A DNA stretch of 63,753 nt, filler included, from Sphacelaria rigidula (taxonomy: Eukaryota): NCBI GenBank assembly GCA_964200075.2. It is 9 parts of 9 records of this genome, joined end to end, with 100 filler letters (N's around TTAATTAATTAA, not from the genome) between each part and the next. Parts side by side here need not be neighbours in the genome. Positions count along the whole stretch, not along the records: positions 35,478 to 42,472 come from CAXNAA020017044.1; positions 42,573 to 49,566 come from CAXNAA020017045.1; positions 49,667 to 56,660 come from CAXNAA020017046.1; 6 more parts are not named here. One strand, given 5' to 3'. How positions within the stretch are numbered: position 1 is the stretch's first letter; each line of letters begins with the position of its first letter. The translations under genes were made by a program, and so were the position numbers. Below, piece after piece: positions 39,415-52,298 of this stretch. Below the pieces are notes generated by a model that worked only from the letters and a program-made list of their open reading frames with translations, was not told the origin of the DNA and searched no databases.

Positions 39415-41941
39415 CTTTCGGTTTCAGCCCACGCCTTTTCTCCTTCGACAGTCTTTCGTACCGCTTCCTTCTCAGCTTCCTCCTGCGAGTGTTCTCTCTT
39501 CTTCTGAGCCAGCCTATGCTTATCAATCTCTCGCCGCCTCAGCTCTATCGTCGCAAACTGCATATACGGCGAAAGAGGCGATGGGCTTCCATCAAGAGAC
39601 CGGTACACGCCGGTAGGCATGAAACGGTCCTCACGTTAACAGTCGTACGGACATATCACCCGAACGGCGGGCGGGGTCGGCAATACGCAAGCAGGTGCAC
39701 GAATGCAAAGCACGTGCACGCTGAAATAGCGTGCAATGATGTTATTGATGCAAGATGTGATTGAAAACTTGCACAACACATGATCAGCCCTGTTTCAACA
39801 GGCGCGACACCTTGCACGACTTTCCAAGTAAAAGCTAACGATACGAGCGTAGTTGGAACTTCCGCTAGTTATGATACACCTACACCATGCCCATGTCCCC
39901 AATGTCCCTGGCGTACGTGAAGTCCAACTTACAATCGCCCAATACGCGATAGTGCACTCCAACCTCCACAAGGTTGACAAATAGCTCACCTTCAACTTTA
40001 GAATCAACTTGACTGTGACACTCAACCTCTGCCTATCGCTTTCATTTCCCACATAGGATCACTTTGATTTTCCACAGAAGATCATTCAGCCAAGGCGGTG
40101 TGGTGAATCAAAGGCGAGCATCTTAGGAACGAGGAAGCACTATAGCATTCGGACCTATTCGGCTGCCCTGCCAAGAGCACGACGGCACCTGGTGGGTTAC
40201 TATCGGGGTACTCTTTTAATAACCGTTTTGCTATGGCCGTTGAGACTTGCCGCGAAAGTGTGCCCGAGGTGGTCGTCCCAAGGGAACAAAAGTCCGGTAA
40301 GACTCAGACAGACAACTCATGACGGGGGTTCTTCGACATCCATGGTCGGTAAACTCGAGTATGGACGGCCCGGCCCGAGCTAGCGGAGGCATACTGTGCA
40401 TACCTCCTTCATGCACTCCTTCTTCTTGTGTGCCTCTTCGCTTCCAAGCTCCTTGGTCAAATCCGCCAATGACATCCCCTTGTCCAACTTCCGTTGTCGC
40501 TCCTTTGAGACCCGATGGTGAACAGCTTCAATCGTAGCCGCCATGGTTTTGCGACGGTTGTCGTCTAGCAACACCTGCGCCGGCGCCAGCGACATCGAGT
40601 TAAGGAAGGCACTAGCCTCATCACGCACGCGAGTGTAGATATGATGCCATGACATGATGCGATGGCGTGTGTGCTACAGTACAGTACTCGCACCAAATGG
40701 ATAAAAGCAAAGCTCGAAACTCCGGTATGGCTACATGGCGCCGCTTGCAATCCCATTGTTGTACGTGAATCTCTCCTCTTGCCGTATACCACATGGACGA
40801 AAATACAGTATTGTCAATGTGTCAATGTGTCAATGTGTCAATGTGTCAATGTGTCAATGTGTCAATGTGTCAATGTGTCAATGTGTCAATGTGTCGAGCC
40901 GCCGGTCGTGAGAGATCGTGGGATTGTCGACTGCCGACTGTCGACTGTCGACTGTCGACTATCGATTATCGACGACGGCAAGTGTTCAACAGCATTTCAT
41001 ACCTCAAGAAGCCTGGGTGAACATGCCATTCGGCCGATGCGTCGCATCAGAATTTGACCGTAGCTTACTCCAATACCCCGTCACCTACCTGATATGCTTT
41101 TTTGACCTCCTCAAATGCGTCACGTGCCTGTGGCATGTCAAGCCGCTTGTCCGGGTGGACCAAGGTCGACAGCTTCCTATACCTGTAACGGACCCGGCCA
41201 TTGCAATCGTAATCATACATCACAGTACACGGCCAAAGTGTGAGTCAAAAACAATCAAAACACCACACCACGTGGTATAATAGTTTGTCATGTCTTCCAC
41301 TAAAACGTGGCCTGGGTCTTAGCAAGAGCAAGAGGATTCGCCAAAGCGCCGACCCTCAGCACGTGCAGTATTAATATTACTATTGATGTACTCACACCGT
41401 TGCGACAGGTGCACGCTACATGATTGCGGGGCCAGTTTGTAAATGTAAAGTACAGTGTACATAACATAACATAACTCTGCTTGATGTCCTCCACCGTGGC
41501 GTCTCCTCCAAGCTGGAGGGCATCGAACGCGTTAAGATTCTTCCATTTGTAGTTATGCTGTAACAAGCGATCCATTTGCTCCTTTGGCGTGCCCAGCTCC
41601 TGCGTGGTGTACTTGTCATTGAGCACGCGCTCCACCTTTGCCGGCGGGGCATTGTCTTTGTCTCCCTGTATTTCAGAGAAGAACGACGAAAGTGGATCGG
41701 CGGATGCTTCGAGCTCCTTTCCCGCCCTAGGAGCGCTGCTGGTTTTTGAGTCGGCTGACTCGACCGCCTCCACTTTCGCTTTAGCCTTCGCCGCATGTTG
41801 CTTTTTCAGTCGCTCCTCCTCCGCATCTCGTTCCAAAGCAGCCAGCCGCCAGCGCTCTCGACGCTCGTTTTCCTGTGCCTCTTTGGCAACAGTGAGGCTG
41901 GCGGCTAGCGCACTGCTCTTGGGGTCAAGGGCTAGTCCAGC
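39415..41941 (-). CDS. DNAJC8: DNAJC8-like J-domain protein, partial; exons 41941-about 41475, 41182-41089, 40574-40404, 39557-39415
   Basis: Spliced peptide ...TPKEQMDRLLQHNYKWKNLNAFDALQLGGDATVEDIKQ / (R)YRKLSTLVHPDKRLDMPQARDAFEEVKKAYQ / VLLDDNRRK...KKKECMKE / FATIELRRRE...KAWAETER. It has an HPD motif and the DNAJC8/SPF31 layout. AG/GT boundaries are in phase except the first donor. Confidence 0.88.
40812..40975. repeat. Intronic (TGTCAATG)n and (TGTCGAC)n-like tandem repeats
   Basis: About ten 8-mers at 40812-40895, then degenerate 7-mers at about 40925-40975. Confidence 0.9.
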
Positions 41942-43769
41942 CTACATCGGTATGGACCAGCGATCGAACGAGATACAGGCATTATCAGTATTGGGGGCTC
42001 ATCCACCGTCTAAAATATATCCTAACGACCACAAGAAAACATCGTCTGATATTTTTTTCAAGTTCATGCCGCGAAAGAAGGAAAAATAAATCACTTCAAT
42101 AAACTATGGGAAGCTTACAAGTCTTTCACCGAACCGATGTACAGCCTCAAGATCTGGGAATTGGCGATGGAACCCTCCCTCCCTCCCCGGTGACGGTGAC
42201 GGTAACGGTAACGTACGTCCCGAAAATAGGCTACAGTCTTCTCCTATTAACCCTCTTGGGACTGGGCCTCCAGAACGACCAACGAGGCTGGTTAGGAATG
42301 ACGTGTCGTGCATATGCATGAAACAGTGGCTTCATGTTGCTGAAATTCAACGAATGTACGTAACGGGCGGGTCAGATGAAGACCGAAAGTTTCATCCAAC
42401 CTATTTTCAGGTACAAACTGTCTGCACTATAATTCGGGTGTTGTGCACATCAGGCAATGTACGGACGTATCANNNNNNNNNNNNNNNNNNNNNNNNNNNN
42501 NNNNNNNNNNNNNNNNTTAATTAATTAANNNNNNNNNNNNNNNNNNNNNNNNNNNNNNNNNNNNNNNNNNNNCAATCAGGCCGAAGAAATCGTGGATTGG
42601 GTGGTTCGAACCCATGATGATTCGTCCTAACCGTGCAATATTTCATCCCATGCGCTGCTGCAGGTAGCACCGGTTCGGATTTGTTGACCCACACCTATAT
42701 CCTGTCAGGAGGTCGGCGACGGTCGGGCGAGCAATGTTCGAATCCACCTCTCTATCCCCACACACCCCACGTTCGAGTTAGCACCGGGTTGATGTGTCTA
42801 TGCTATGAGTGTAGAAAAGTGTGCAGCAAATTGAACTAGACGACCAGCGCGCAATAGTCTCCGCGAGGCGTTTTTGAGATATCCAACCTGGAATTCGCCC
42901 GCACGTGCTGTCTTGACGTGAGTGCGTCTGAACACATTGCTGCAAAAACGGTGTTTTTTCGACTCACAAGCAGGGATACCTATTTCTCGAAATCGAAACC
43001 AAATCCCCAGTTCCGTTTGAACCTACAGCGAGGGAGAAAGGGACTCTAAACCCGAGCGATTGAGCTTCCAGACGTCGTCAGGAGCTGCCAAAGTCAGTCG
43101 GGCCGGCAAACTGAATCGGGCTGGAGTAATATCAATCTAGTGCCAGCCTCGGGGCAAGGAACTTCACAATTTCGAGAAATCGATCTATATAGTGCAATAG
43201 CCGGGAAATATGAGAGGCAAGTTGAATTTCAGAGATGCCCGGAGACCGTTTGACGCCCCGTAAAAACGGGGCAGTGAAAGATGAGGTGATCTCTAACGAG
43301 CATCCATGTGTATAAGGTCACCTTCTGCAGCTGCTGCAGGTATCAGGTATCTCCCGAGTACTTGTCGGGTATCCGGTTCGACCAACGTGGAAAAATCCTT
43401 ATCATTAGCCCAAATTCACCAGGTGGTATCGATTTTGAGATATACGGAATCCTTCAAACCTTTCCTTCGTGCGCGAAGCTGTTTCATCCCTCACATAACC
43501 GGCAGAATATTTCCCTAGGGAGACTTGAGAAATGGGATCTTGCCTGGAAAACTCTCGAACGACCACCGTCGCGGGAATATTTATCCCATGCTTCTCGCCC
43601 AGTACGCCTAAGGTTGCCCGTTCAGAGCTCCTGATAGTTATTGTAGAGCACAGCAGTCTTCCTCCAGCGGTGATATAACCTGCAATTTTCACACCATGGA
43701 TCATATCGCCCTCAATTCTTGCTACTAAGGGCAGCAAACGACGGGGTGTGCTTGTTTGTTTGCGTTTAG

Positions 43770-44053
43770 GTCAACACAGGGGTTTTCTTCGTTTTTTATT
43801 TCGTTCTAGCACCCCACGTTCCTTCTGCGGTGCGCTTTCGTTTATTTTCTTGATCAAGAGAAGAGTTCAGCAGTCTCTTTCCCTGGCTGACTGTGAAGTC
43901 GAACTTTGCGTATCCACGTCGGCGTTGCTCTCCACTGTTAGTCATTGTGTGAGGGAAAAAAAAACAGGTCATCTGACTTCACCGAGATTCGAACCCACGT
44001 CTCAACCGTCAGAGAGTGTTACAGGATACCAACTGAGCCACCGGGGCGACCGG
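43770..44053 (-). mobile_element. tRNA-derived SINE family A
   Basis: Reverse strand begins ccggtcgccccggtggctcagttggtatcc...cgtgggttcgaatctcggt. Body matches the other copies. Confidence 0.85.
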
Positions 44054-44389
44054 GTGGTGGAGCCCCTAAAACACGAAACAACAGCAGGCAAACTTTCCGC
44101 TTCGAATGCCAGATCTCGCGTTCCTCGAGAAAGGTCACAGGAAGGAGCCAGTCCAAAACGAAGCCGACTGATGGTTGAAACGGCGCTCCAAAGCTAAAAA
44201 AGGCTGCCGGTTGATGGTTCCCACAAAAACGGCACACGAAAAAGAATGAGGGTTGCAGGAACGACTCCGTACGTGATTGTGTTCGCCAGTTATTCGACTT
44301 GAACGGCACCTAAAATATCCCTTTCGACAAAAAATGTGCAGAGTACAAGTATAGATCGGGACAGTGTCTTAATGTGAAGAGAGAAGGCA

Positions 44390-44407
44390 GCAACAACAAC
44401 GACAACG

Positions 44408-44467
<60 letters not shown>

Positions 44468-44477
44468 ACGACAACAA
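44390..44477. repeat. (CAA)n microsatellite, probable retroposon tail
   Basis: Follows gatcgggacagtgtcttaatgtgaag, as in the 18430 and 46650 ends. Confidence 0.85.
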
Positions 44478-47400
44478 GTGAAATGTCGTTTTGATGACCC
44501 TACTCACCGGCCATTTCTTACCGTCTCCTCGACCAAAAACTGCACTATCGCAAGCTTCCTTCTTCAAGTTCGCACGAAATCTAATGCCCCGATGGCTTGC
44601 ATATACTATAATAGTGTGTTTCGGGTGGGGGGGAGGGGGGCGAGGGGGCGGGAAGCGATGTAGTGTACCCAGGCATAAGACATGGAGATAGGGACGGGGT
44701 TTCGGGCTAGGTATAGAGATTGGAGCGTGCAAAATTTCCCCACTTGATGCCTAGGGTGTGAACCCTAGGTATGCTGTGGGGCAGAAGGTGAGAGAACCAA
44801 GATCAAGGGGGGACGAAGAATCAAAAGTTGCCAGTCAGGGCTAGGATTATGAAACGGAGCTACCCACTCCCCTCCGTAACCGTTATCATAAAGGTACAAG
44901 GGCACCTGTAGGGCAAAGGTCGCTACTGAGGTGATGGTGGTCGTCGGCATAGTCGGTGGTGGGTACCCGTTCCGGAAGGCCGGGGAGGATTAATTGAAGG
45001 AACTGAACCGCGAACGGCGGGGAGGAAGCTTCTCTCGCGCCAGCTATCAATCTGACAAGGGTAGCGAAGAAGACATAGACCATGTGTTTTCCGCCTGGTG
45101 AGCAAGAACTCCACAAAGTGAATGTCCACGGTAAAGCTGGCAATTGCTCGCGCGGACACGACCGCAGCGGTGTAACATGCAGTCAGGGACAACGTTAGCG
45201 TATGGTGTTACGGCTGAACTTGCCTTGCGTCCTCTGCACTTATACAGACAAGCATGGGCGGTAAGGAACTCCGCCGGTGAGGGAAGGCGGAAGTTCAACA
45301 CCTTGACGACACCATCCTGGTTGCAATTTACCCTGCCAACTCTCGCGCCACACCCTCATCCTGCATGGTACGGTCGCTGTACTGTACTGTACTGTACTGT
45401 ACTGTGCGCACGATAGTGTGGGTGTGCAGTGCAGTACTACTGCCGCATATTCGTGTGCTGTCCGCGTTGTACTGCTGGCATGTGTACAACCCTATGGCAC
45501 CAACGGTACATGCACGGTAATCAAGTATGGTACGGCACGTTACTATACAGTCGTGCAAAAGAACGTCGATTTTACGCAAGGATGACTCAAACATACGGAA
45601 CAAGCAGCACGGTTTTTGCCCGTTCACGCCGTAGCGATGCAAACTACGCCCTCTTCGGTGCCTCCGCATATTCACTTCTGGGATAAATCTTGCTCGTTAG
45701 CAAACCCTAACCGTGCCCCTAAGTCTTATCCCTAAGTACAGATTCCCGCCTGCCGAAACTCACCACAGGTGAACAGCATTTCGAGGCTGACTAAACTGCA
45801 GTGCGAGAACTAGTGATGGTCAGTACGGGTATTTGCCCCGAGGCACATCACAGGTCTTGACACATGGGACTTACGACCAGGCTTACATGGATCGCACACA
45901 CCATCAAAGAGTCTGTAATACTAGGTGTTTTTCGTGCTCACTCATCAGCGCTAAAATCGATTTTCATTCTGTCAGTCAACATTCTGACGAGGCAAGACCT
46001 CGTTCTAGACTCAGCGCACACATTGCAACAAAATCACGCACGCGTTCCTTGTCGTTCCCGACGAAGTATGCCTCGCAAACTCGGCCTCAACCAAGTTGAA
46101 GCGGAAAATGTAACAACAAACGTTTTCGGGAACAGTGGAGTGAATCCAGGTTGCACAGTGCTTCGCCGACCATTTTTTCAGCTTGATATGTTCCCGTTTT
46201 CCAAATGCCTCCGTATTTCCGTATATAATAATAAATATCGCGGGTTTGGGTGCGGGAAGCTACAAACTTGACCCCGATTCCACCAGGACACACTTCATCA
46301 CGCAGCGAGCACAAACGATTGTGAGAACGACGGCAATGTGTTCCATGCGTAGAGGGCAAAGTATGCCCGACATCTTGGAGAATAATGAGATGACAGGGGA
46401 TAACGACGGGCAGAGATCGTCGCTATTTTTGGGTTTACCCATCCCCTCCCACGCATAGGCTTCCATGGTGTCGTGGGAGACTGCTGCCCACATCAGTCAT
46501 AACGCCACTGGGGCAATGCCCATAGTTTCGGGATCATCAGTGTTCTATGGCAATACGTTTGGCGGGTTCCAGCAAGCCTCGTTGACCAAACACGTTGAAC
46601 GAAATCTGATAACGTATGAAAAATTAGCGCAAAAATATCATTTTGGCTTGACTGTGACCACGGAAGGTGTCCGCATCAGATGCTCAGTGCGGATGTTTGA
46701 AGGTGCTGTGGAGAGATCGGGAAGGTTTTAATGTAAAGGCAACAACAACAACAGCAACGGCAAAAACAACACTTGACTTCAGTGCAAACCGCGCGTGGGC
46801 ATCTACGTTTTGCCTCCCGCTGTGTCGATGTCAAGTGCAGAAATCTCCTGTGCCACGTAGGATCATAAGCAGCCCAGCGTGAAAGGATTGGTGGGATAAC
46901 ATCCATGCCGCAAATGAAGAAACGGGAAAGGAGGGGGACAAGCGTTACAATTACCGGGACGTCAAAAGCGTATTCGACTTAGCTCTGGTACACAGCGCGT
47001 AAGCAACACTGACTGTGTACTTGTAGTGCTGTGCTCAATTTTAACCGCGAGGAAAAGACTGATCGACGGAAGTGACATGTTAAACACGTACACAAATGTT
47101 GTGACAATGCTCGTACCCGAAAGATGAAACAAACCTGGGGAGGGTGGGTTCGCCAGCAATAATCGGCATCGCATGTGCGGCGGAACCACCGCGTGTACTG
47201 TCTTGCTTGTAGCTGGCGTTCCGACCGCATCTTTCCACGTTGAAACACCCGGCACAGAGTTGACGATATCTCCATCCACACAGCAACTAATGACACTCAT
47301 CTTCATGGATATCTGAGACGTTCACCTATCAGTCCAGTACGTCCCAACGCGATGCATCTTCGCCGCAGAAGAACAGGTTGCGGCAAATGCAGAACCACTA

Positions 47401-47504
47401 GCAGCGAAAATCACATCGATGTGCGAAGTTCCGAGCACAATCGTGACCTTCAATGATGGCTCCTAACGTGCCGCGCTCGTGTGTGTAGTGACAGTTTCAT
47501 TCAT

Positions 47505-47690
47505 CCAATATTTATTCTTCTTCTTATATTATTCGTATTATTCTTATTCTTATTCTCATTATTCGTATTATTCTTATTCATGTTATTCTTATTATATTTG
47601 CTGCACTTTGAACCCCTCCCCTTCCTCGGGATGAGTCCGCGGTCTCAAGGGATCAACCCATCTCTCCCCCGGTGACAGTGCGTTTGAAAG
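47505..47690 (-). mobile_element. SINE family B 3' fragment with expanded (GAATAA)-like tail
   Basis: gcactttgaacccctccccttcctcggg...gagtccgcggtctcaagggatca...tctcccccgg preceded by tattct/tattcg repeats. Confidence 0.7.
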
Positions 47691-48917
47691 TACAGCATGA
47701 ATTCTGTGCGCCGCTCCGGATGTCTGGATGGAAAATGACTTTTGTATGTGTAAAAAAAAATGTGTACCTGCTATGCCAGCTTCTGAGAAAAATACATTGC
47801 CACCTTGTTTGCTGTCGTGCGTTCTTGGAACAGACAGCCACAGAGAAAATCGAAAGGATTGTGCCAGCATGATTGTGATTATATGTTTCATCATCGAGTC
47901 TTCATCCCATCGTATATTCTCCTCGGGGTGTGGCTAAAAACGTGGCACTGAATCAGATGGAACATTGTTCAGCCATTGGCCAGACTCTTAGGTCTGGGGT
48001 ATATGGCGAATCTCTCTATTCGAACACTCGAAACAAAAAAAATGACTCAAGTCCCTCGGCTATTTTATATTTCTCAACACGTGTACTATTCAACGGTCGC
48101 ACGTTACTTGTCAGATGCAGGTTCATCATACGGAACTACCCTCCTGTCCCGTAACGCGGACGAACACAATGGTACAAAAAAGTAAAAAAAAAACGCCACC
48201 TTGCCCCTGCCCTCACTCTGAACGCCACGAGCTGCCCTCGGGACAGCAGACTTGACACAAAGTGTCGAGCTCACCGTCGTAGCTCACACATGGCGAGTTC
48301 ATCTTGGCAAACGATTCACTTTCGATACATACCCAGGTATCGAGGCGCGTGTACGTGTCTGTGTGAGCAGTTCTTGCGCAAGAACTGGGTACGCACAGCC
48401 AGCGCGTTGGCCGCACAAATAACAGTCACGGCAAAAGTAAGTTTGTCGTCGTCTGCAAAAAAATGAGAAATCAGGGTAAGAATAAATTTGGCGTCGTTTA
48501 CATCTGCAAGCAGAACATCGCAAACGGCATTGAGATTTCTGCGGTCCTGCGCAGTGGACCAACTGAAAACTCGGCCCAGGCAGCGGTAATACTTACATTC
48601 GCTAGCCTGTCAACAATTCCCTCGTGAAACAGGAGCCGACGCTGAAGCGCGTCGCAGGACTGACCCTGATCGTGGTGCCTACCCAGGTCTGCGTAGATAG
48701 TGACTGCCCCCTTTCGGTCAGGTTCAACGTGGAAAATTCACGAGCGGAAGCTGCGTGACAATAACATCACCATGAGTGATAATAACATTGCCATGGCCGT
48801 GTGAAAGTATTGTTTGATACCGGTGCGTTGACCTGAACCTGGGCGCCCAACAACTCCAGCCACGTCAGGTTCGGTTCCTTCGTAGATTTCTTCGCATATT
48901 ACCCCCACTACTTCCAG

Positions 48918-49215
48918 CCGGTCGCCCCGGTGGCTCAGTTGGCTACCTCGATACCCTCTGGGTCGTGGGTTCGATTCTCGGAGCAATCCGGGATTGTTTC
49001 TCACGTCATGCCCAATAGCGGGGAGCGACTATGTCGTGGGTACACAAAATTCGACTCAACAGTCGACAAGGGGAAGGGACTGCTGAACCCCTCTTGCGAA
49101 AAAAAAGAGAAGCAAGCACCGCAGAAGGAAGGTGGGGGTACTCAAAAACAAATAAACAAAGAAAAAGCTTCTGTGTTGACCGTCCTCTTGTGTGACCTCG
49201 GCTGATGCGCCCGCC
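48918..49215 (+). mobile_element. tRNA-derived SINE family A
   Basis: ccggtcgccccggtggctcagttgg...gtgggttcgattctcgg. Body aligns to 28461-28765. Confidence 0.85.
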
Positions 49216-49474
49216 CACGTATACCAGAAGGTGTAGACCGGTGTCCAGAATAGATGGGACAACAACACACAACACACACTTCCGAACCTCACCCAGGTTA
49301 TAGAATCAAGGTTTAGCACAACTCAAGCCCTAATCCGAGGAGAAGGTGCAGCATTTTCTGTCTGCTGAGACAGTCCAAAATTATGTTGCATAGTGGGTCG
49401 ATAGTAGGCTATAGTACGAATTTAAAGCTTGCGCGTGTAGCACGTCGAAGCGCCACCTACACATCCCCCCCCCC

Positions 49475-49566
49475 AACGGTGCTCCGTCTCGAAATGGATG
49501 CGTGGTCAATGGTCACACGACTAAGGCAAGCAACAAATGAGTACGCCCCCCCCCCCCCCCCCCCCC
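49475..49566 (+). mobile_element. Short 5'-truncated copy of the poly(C)-tailed LINE
   Basis: aacggtgctccgtctcgaaatggatgcgtggtcaatggtcacacgactaaggcaagcaacaaatgagtacg followed by a C-run to the contig end. Preceded by a C10 run. Confidence 0.85.
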
Positions 49567-49797
49567 NNNNNNNNNNNNNNNNNNNNNNNNNNNNNNNNNN
49601 NNNNNNNNNNTTAATTAATTAANNNNNNNNNNNNNNNNNNNNNNNNNNNNNNNNNNNNNNNNNNNNGTACTGATTATCTCGCATTTGGATGACAGCCTAC
49701 AATGAGTTGCTTTATTTTTTGGTATCGCCACTTCCCGGGAGGGCACAACGTGACCAAACACATGCACACATAGACACACACTCACACACACACACAC

Positions 49798-52247
49798 CTT
49801 TCTCGCTCCATGCGGGTGGTGCGGCGTATCCTCTTGCGTTCTTTCTTGGTCAGGTACACCTTCATCGCCGCCCCTGCACCGCCATCACCCGCACCACCGG
49901 CGCCCGCGGCACCATCAGCTCCCGAGGAAGCGTCGGCGGGCTTGTCTTCCACGGGCTTCTGGGGGTGCTGCACAAACTTGAAAGTCTTCGCGTTTTCGAG
50001 GTTGAGCAGCGAGTATAGCGCCTCAGTCCCGCGCTGGTCGGGCTCCAGCTTGTCTTCTCGCTGGGGGTAACGTCGGGGAGACAGATGAAAAGACGATCAC
50101 ATGCACACACGTGCACACACACACACACGTACACACACGGGGAGACGATGTAAACGCATAAAACACGGATGCATGGAATGTATGGTTGAATTCATGAATA
50201 ATACATGAATGTGTGAACCACCACATAGAAGGGACAAATCCCCACAAGGGTCTGTCACGGAATGACCTTCTCACATTGGCGACACCAGTGAGATAGCTCG
50301 TACGCTTCACGAACAGAAGGTCCCGGGTTCAAATCCCGGCTCCCGCCATTTTGGCGGGAGCCAAAAAAAAATGGTGGGAACACTCTGCAGCAGGATTCAG
50401 GAACGCGCGGAAAATCTTCCGCGGCGATTGTTGATTGGGTGAAACAACGTACGTAAGAGATATGTGAACTGAAAGGCAAGATTCCAACCGCAGCGTAGAC
50501 AGGTAATCCTACGAAACCTCCAAGAAGTTCATGAGAGGGGGAATGATGTGGGAAGTTTTTCAGAGACATTCGTCCCCCTTTTCGAGCTGCAGCGGGGAGG
50601 GGAGGGGTGGGGTGAATGACGTTTGCGTCGCACGCTCTTGCATGTAACAAGAGCCAACTTGATTAAAATAATGAAAAGGTGAACCACACGCACACACGTG
50701 ATATCAATATGAAAAAAAACAGATTTTCACCCATTTTTTTTATACGAAAAAGTGTAAACAAAAAAGGAGAAAAGGGAAAACAAGTAGGGTACAAGAAAAC
50801 ATGGGAAAAAGGGAGGAGAAAAAAAAAAAGGAAAAGGGGGGACAGAATAAACTGATGATCGAGCGAGAGCATTCATTTTTTTTCCCGCCATGAGTTCAAC
50901 CGTTCCGCAACCTGGATGATGAAAATTGATCACGTCGTCGAAAAGTGTACTGTGTGAAGTATGACTATCGCGTCTATTGCGATAGACGATAGATGCTATA
51001 CTGTACGCAGTACGTTTTTTTACGACGTACTGTATCGTCATCATCCACGATGTGAACCCTTCACCCCGTACACCTCCTCGGGACGAGCCCGTAGTTTCGT
51101 AGGATGAGCCCGTCTGTCCTCCTGTACATGCCCAATATTTTGGTGTCGTGGGTTGGATCATGACCAACACCCCTGCGCCCCTGGTGTGTGAGCCCCGCTA
51201 TTGTTGAGTGCTGATGATGGCGGGTATGCTTGAAGGAGACTATTGAGGGAGGGTGTACTACTGACTGTTGCGTGTTCGAAGCTGACTGTGCTGACGCTCG
51301 CTGTACTTGTGTACACGGGGACAAGAGGCAGCGAATCGATCAAGCCCGCCCGCCTCCTTCATAGGAAAAGGCCGTTGCCGCGCATATATCACCCGTCATA
51401 CTTCATGAGCGAGCCAGGAGCCGCAGCAAGTGCTGTTGCAGAACAACAAAGCAGACTAAGTGTTAGAATAGTGACCGTGACAACAGCATATGCGGTCATC
51501 ATGCAAAATACGAACATGATAAGAAACAGCAGGAGAAATCAACGCAAGAACAAAAAAAAATGTGCACAACGGAATGCTGCTGCATGACTATTGGCCAATA
51601 AACCTTTGAGTCACTCCTGCTGACCGTCCAAAACTATTTAGCATTCACCGATGCCTACAAGAGCCACCTTCTGGGAGCTCATTCGACTGTCAGCATAAAA
51701 ATATATATATCGCAATATAAAAGCATGGTGTTTCATAGGATGAAAGAGCGTTAGGGCCCCCTCATACCCTTCGTTCAACAAGAGAGCAGCGATTTGGTTT
51801 AGCTACAGCGTCGGGGCTGCTGCTATGAACAGGCATCTTGATAAATTATTGCTCTGAAAGAGGTTATACCGGCATTGAGGCCAGCTTCGCGATGTTAATT
51901 GCTCTGAAAAGAGGTATTGCGCCCCCGAGGTTCCTATTCCCTTTTGGACCGACTTCCTACGTTGTGATCAGCTCTTGAATCGGCGTGATTTGAAAAACAA
52001 ACACACACATTTTCATTCGAGAGTAAACTCGCTTGTCACTTATCAAGAGGTCGACGTATCCACCTGCTGAAGCTAAAATATGTAAGATCTAGATAACCAC
52101 GGCTGTGGTCTTCCCTTCGTACGGGACAAGACAAATTTGGCACAAAACCGGTAATAATAATAACCGCAACAATCGACAGAAAAAAAAACTGACGGAAGCA
52201 TATCGCACGCCTTGTCCTTTCCGTCGGCCCTACACAACCTCGTCGAC

Positions 52248-52298
<51 letters not shown>

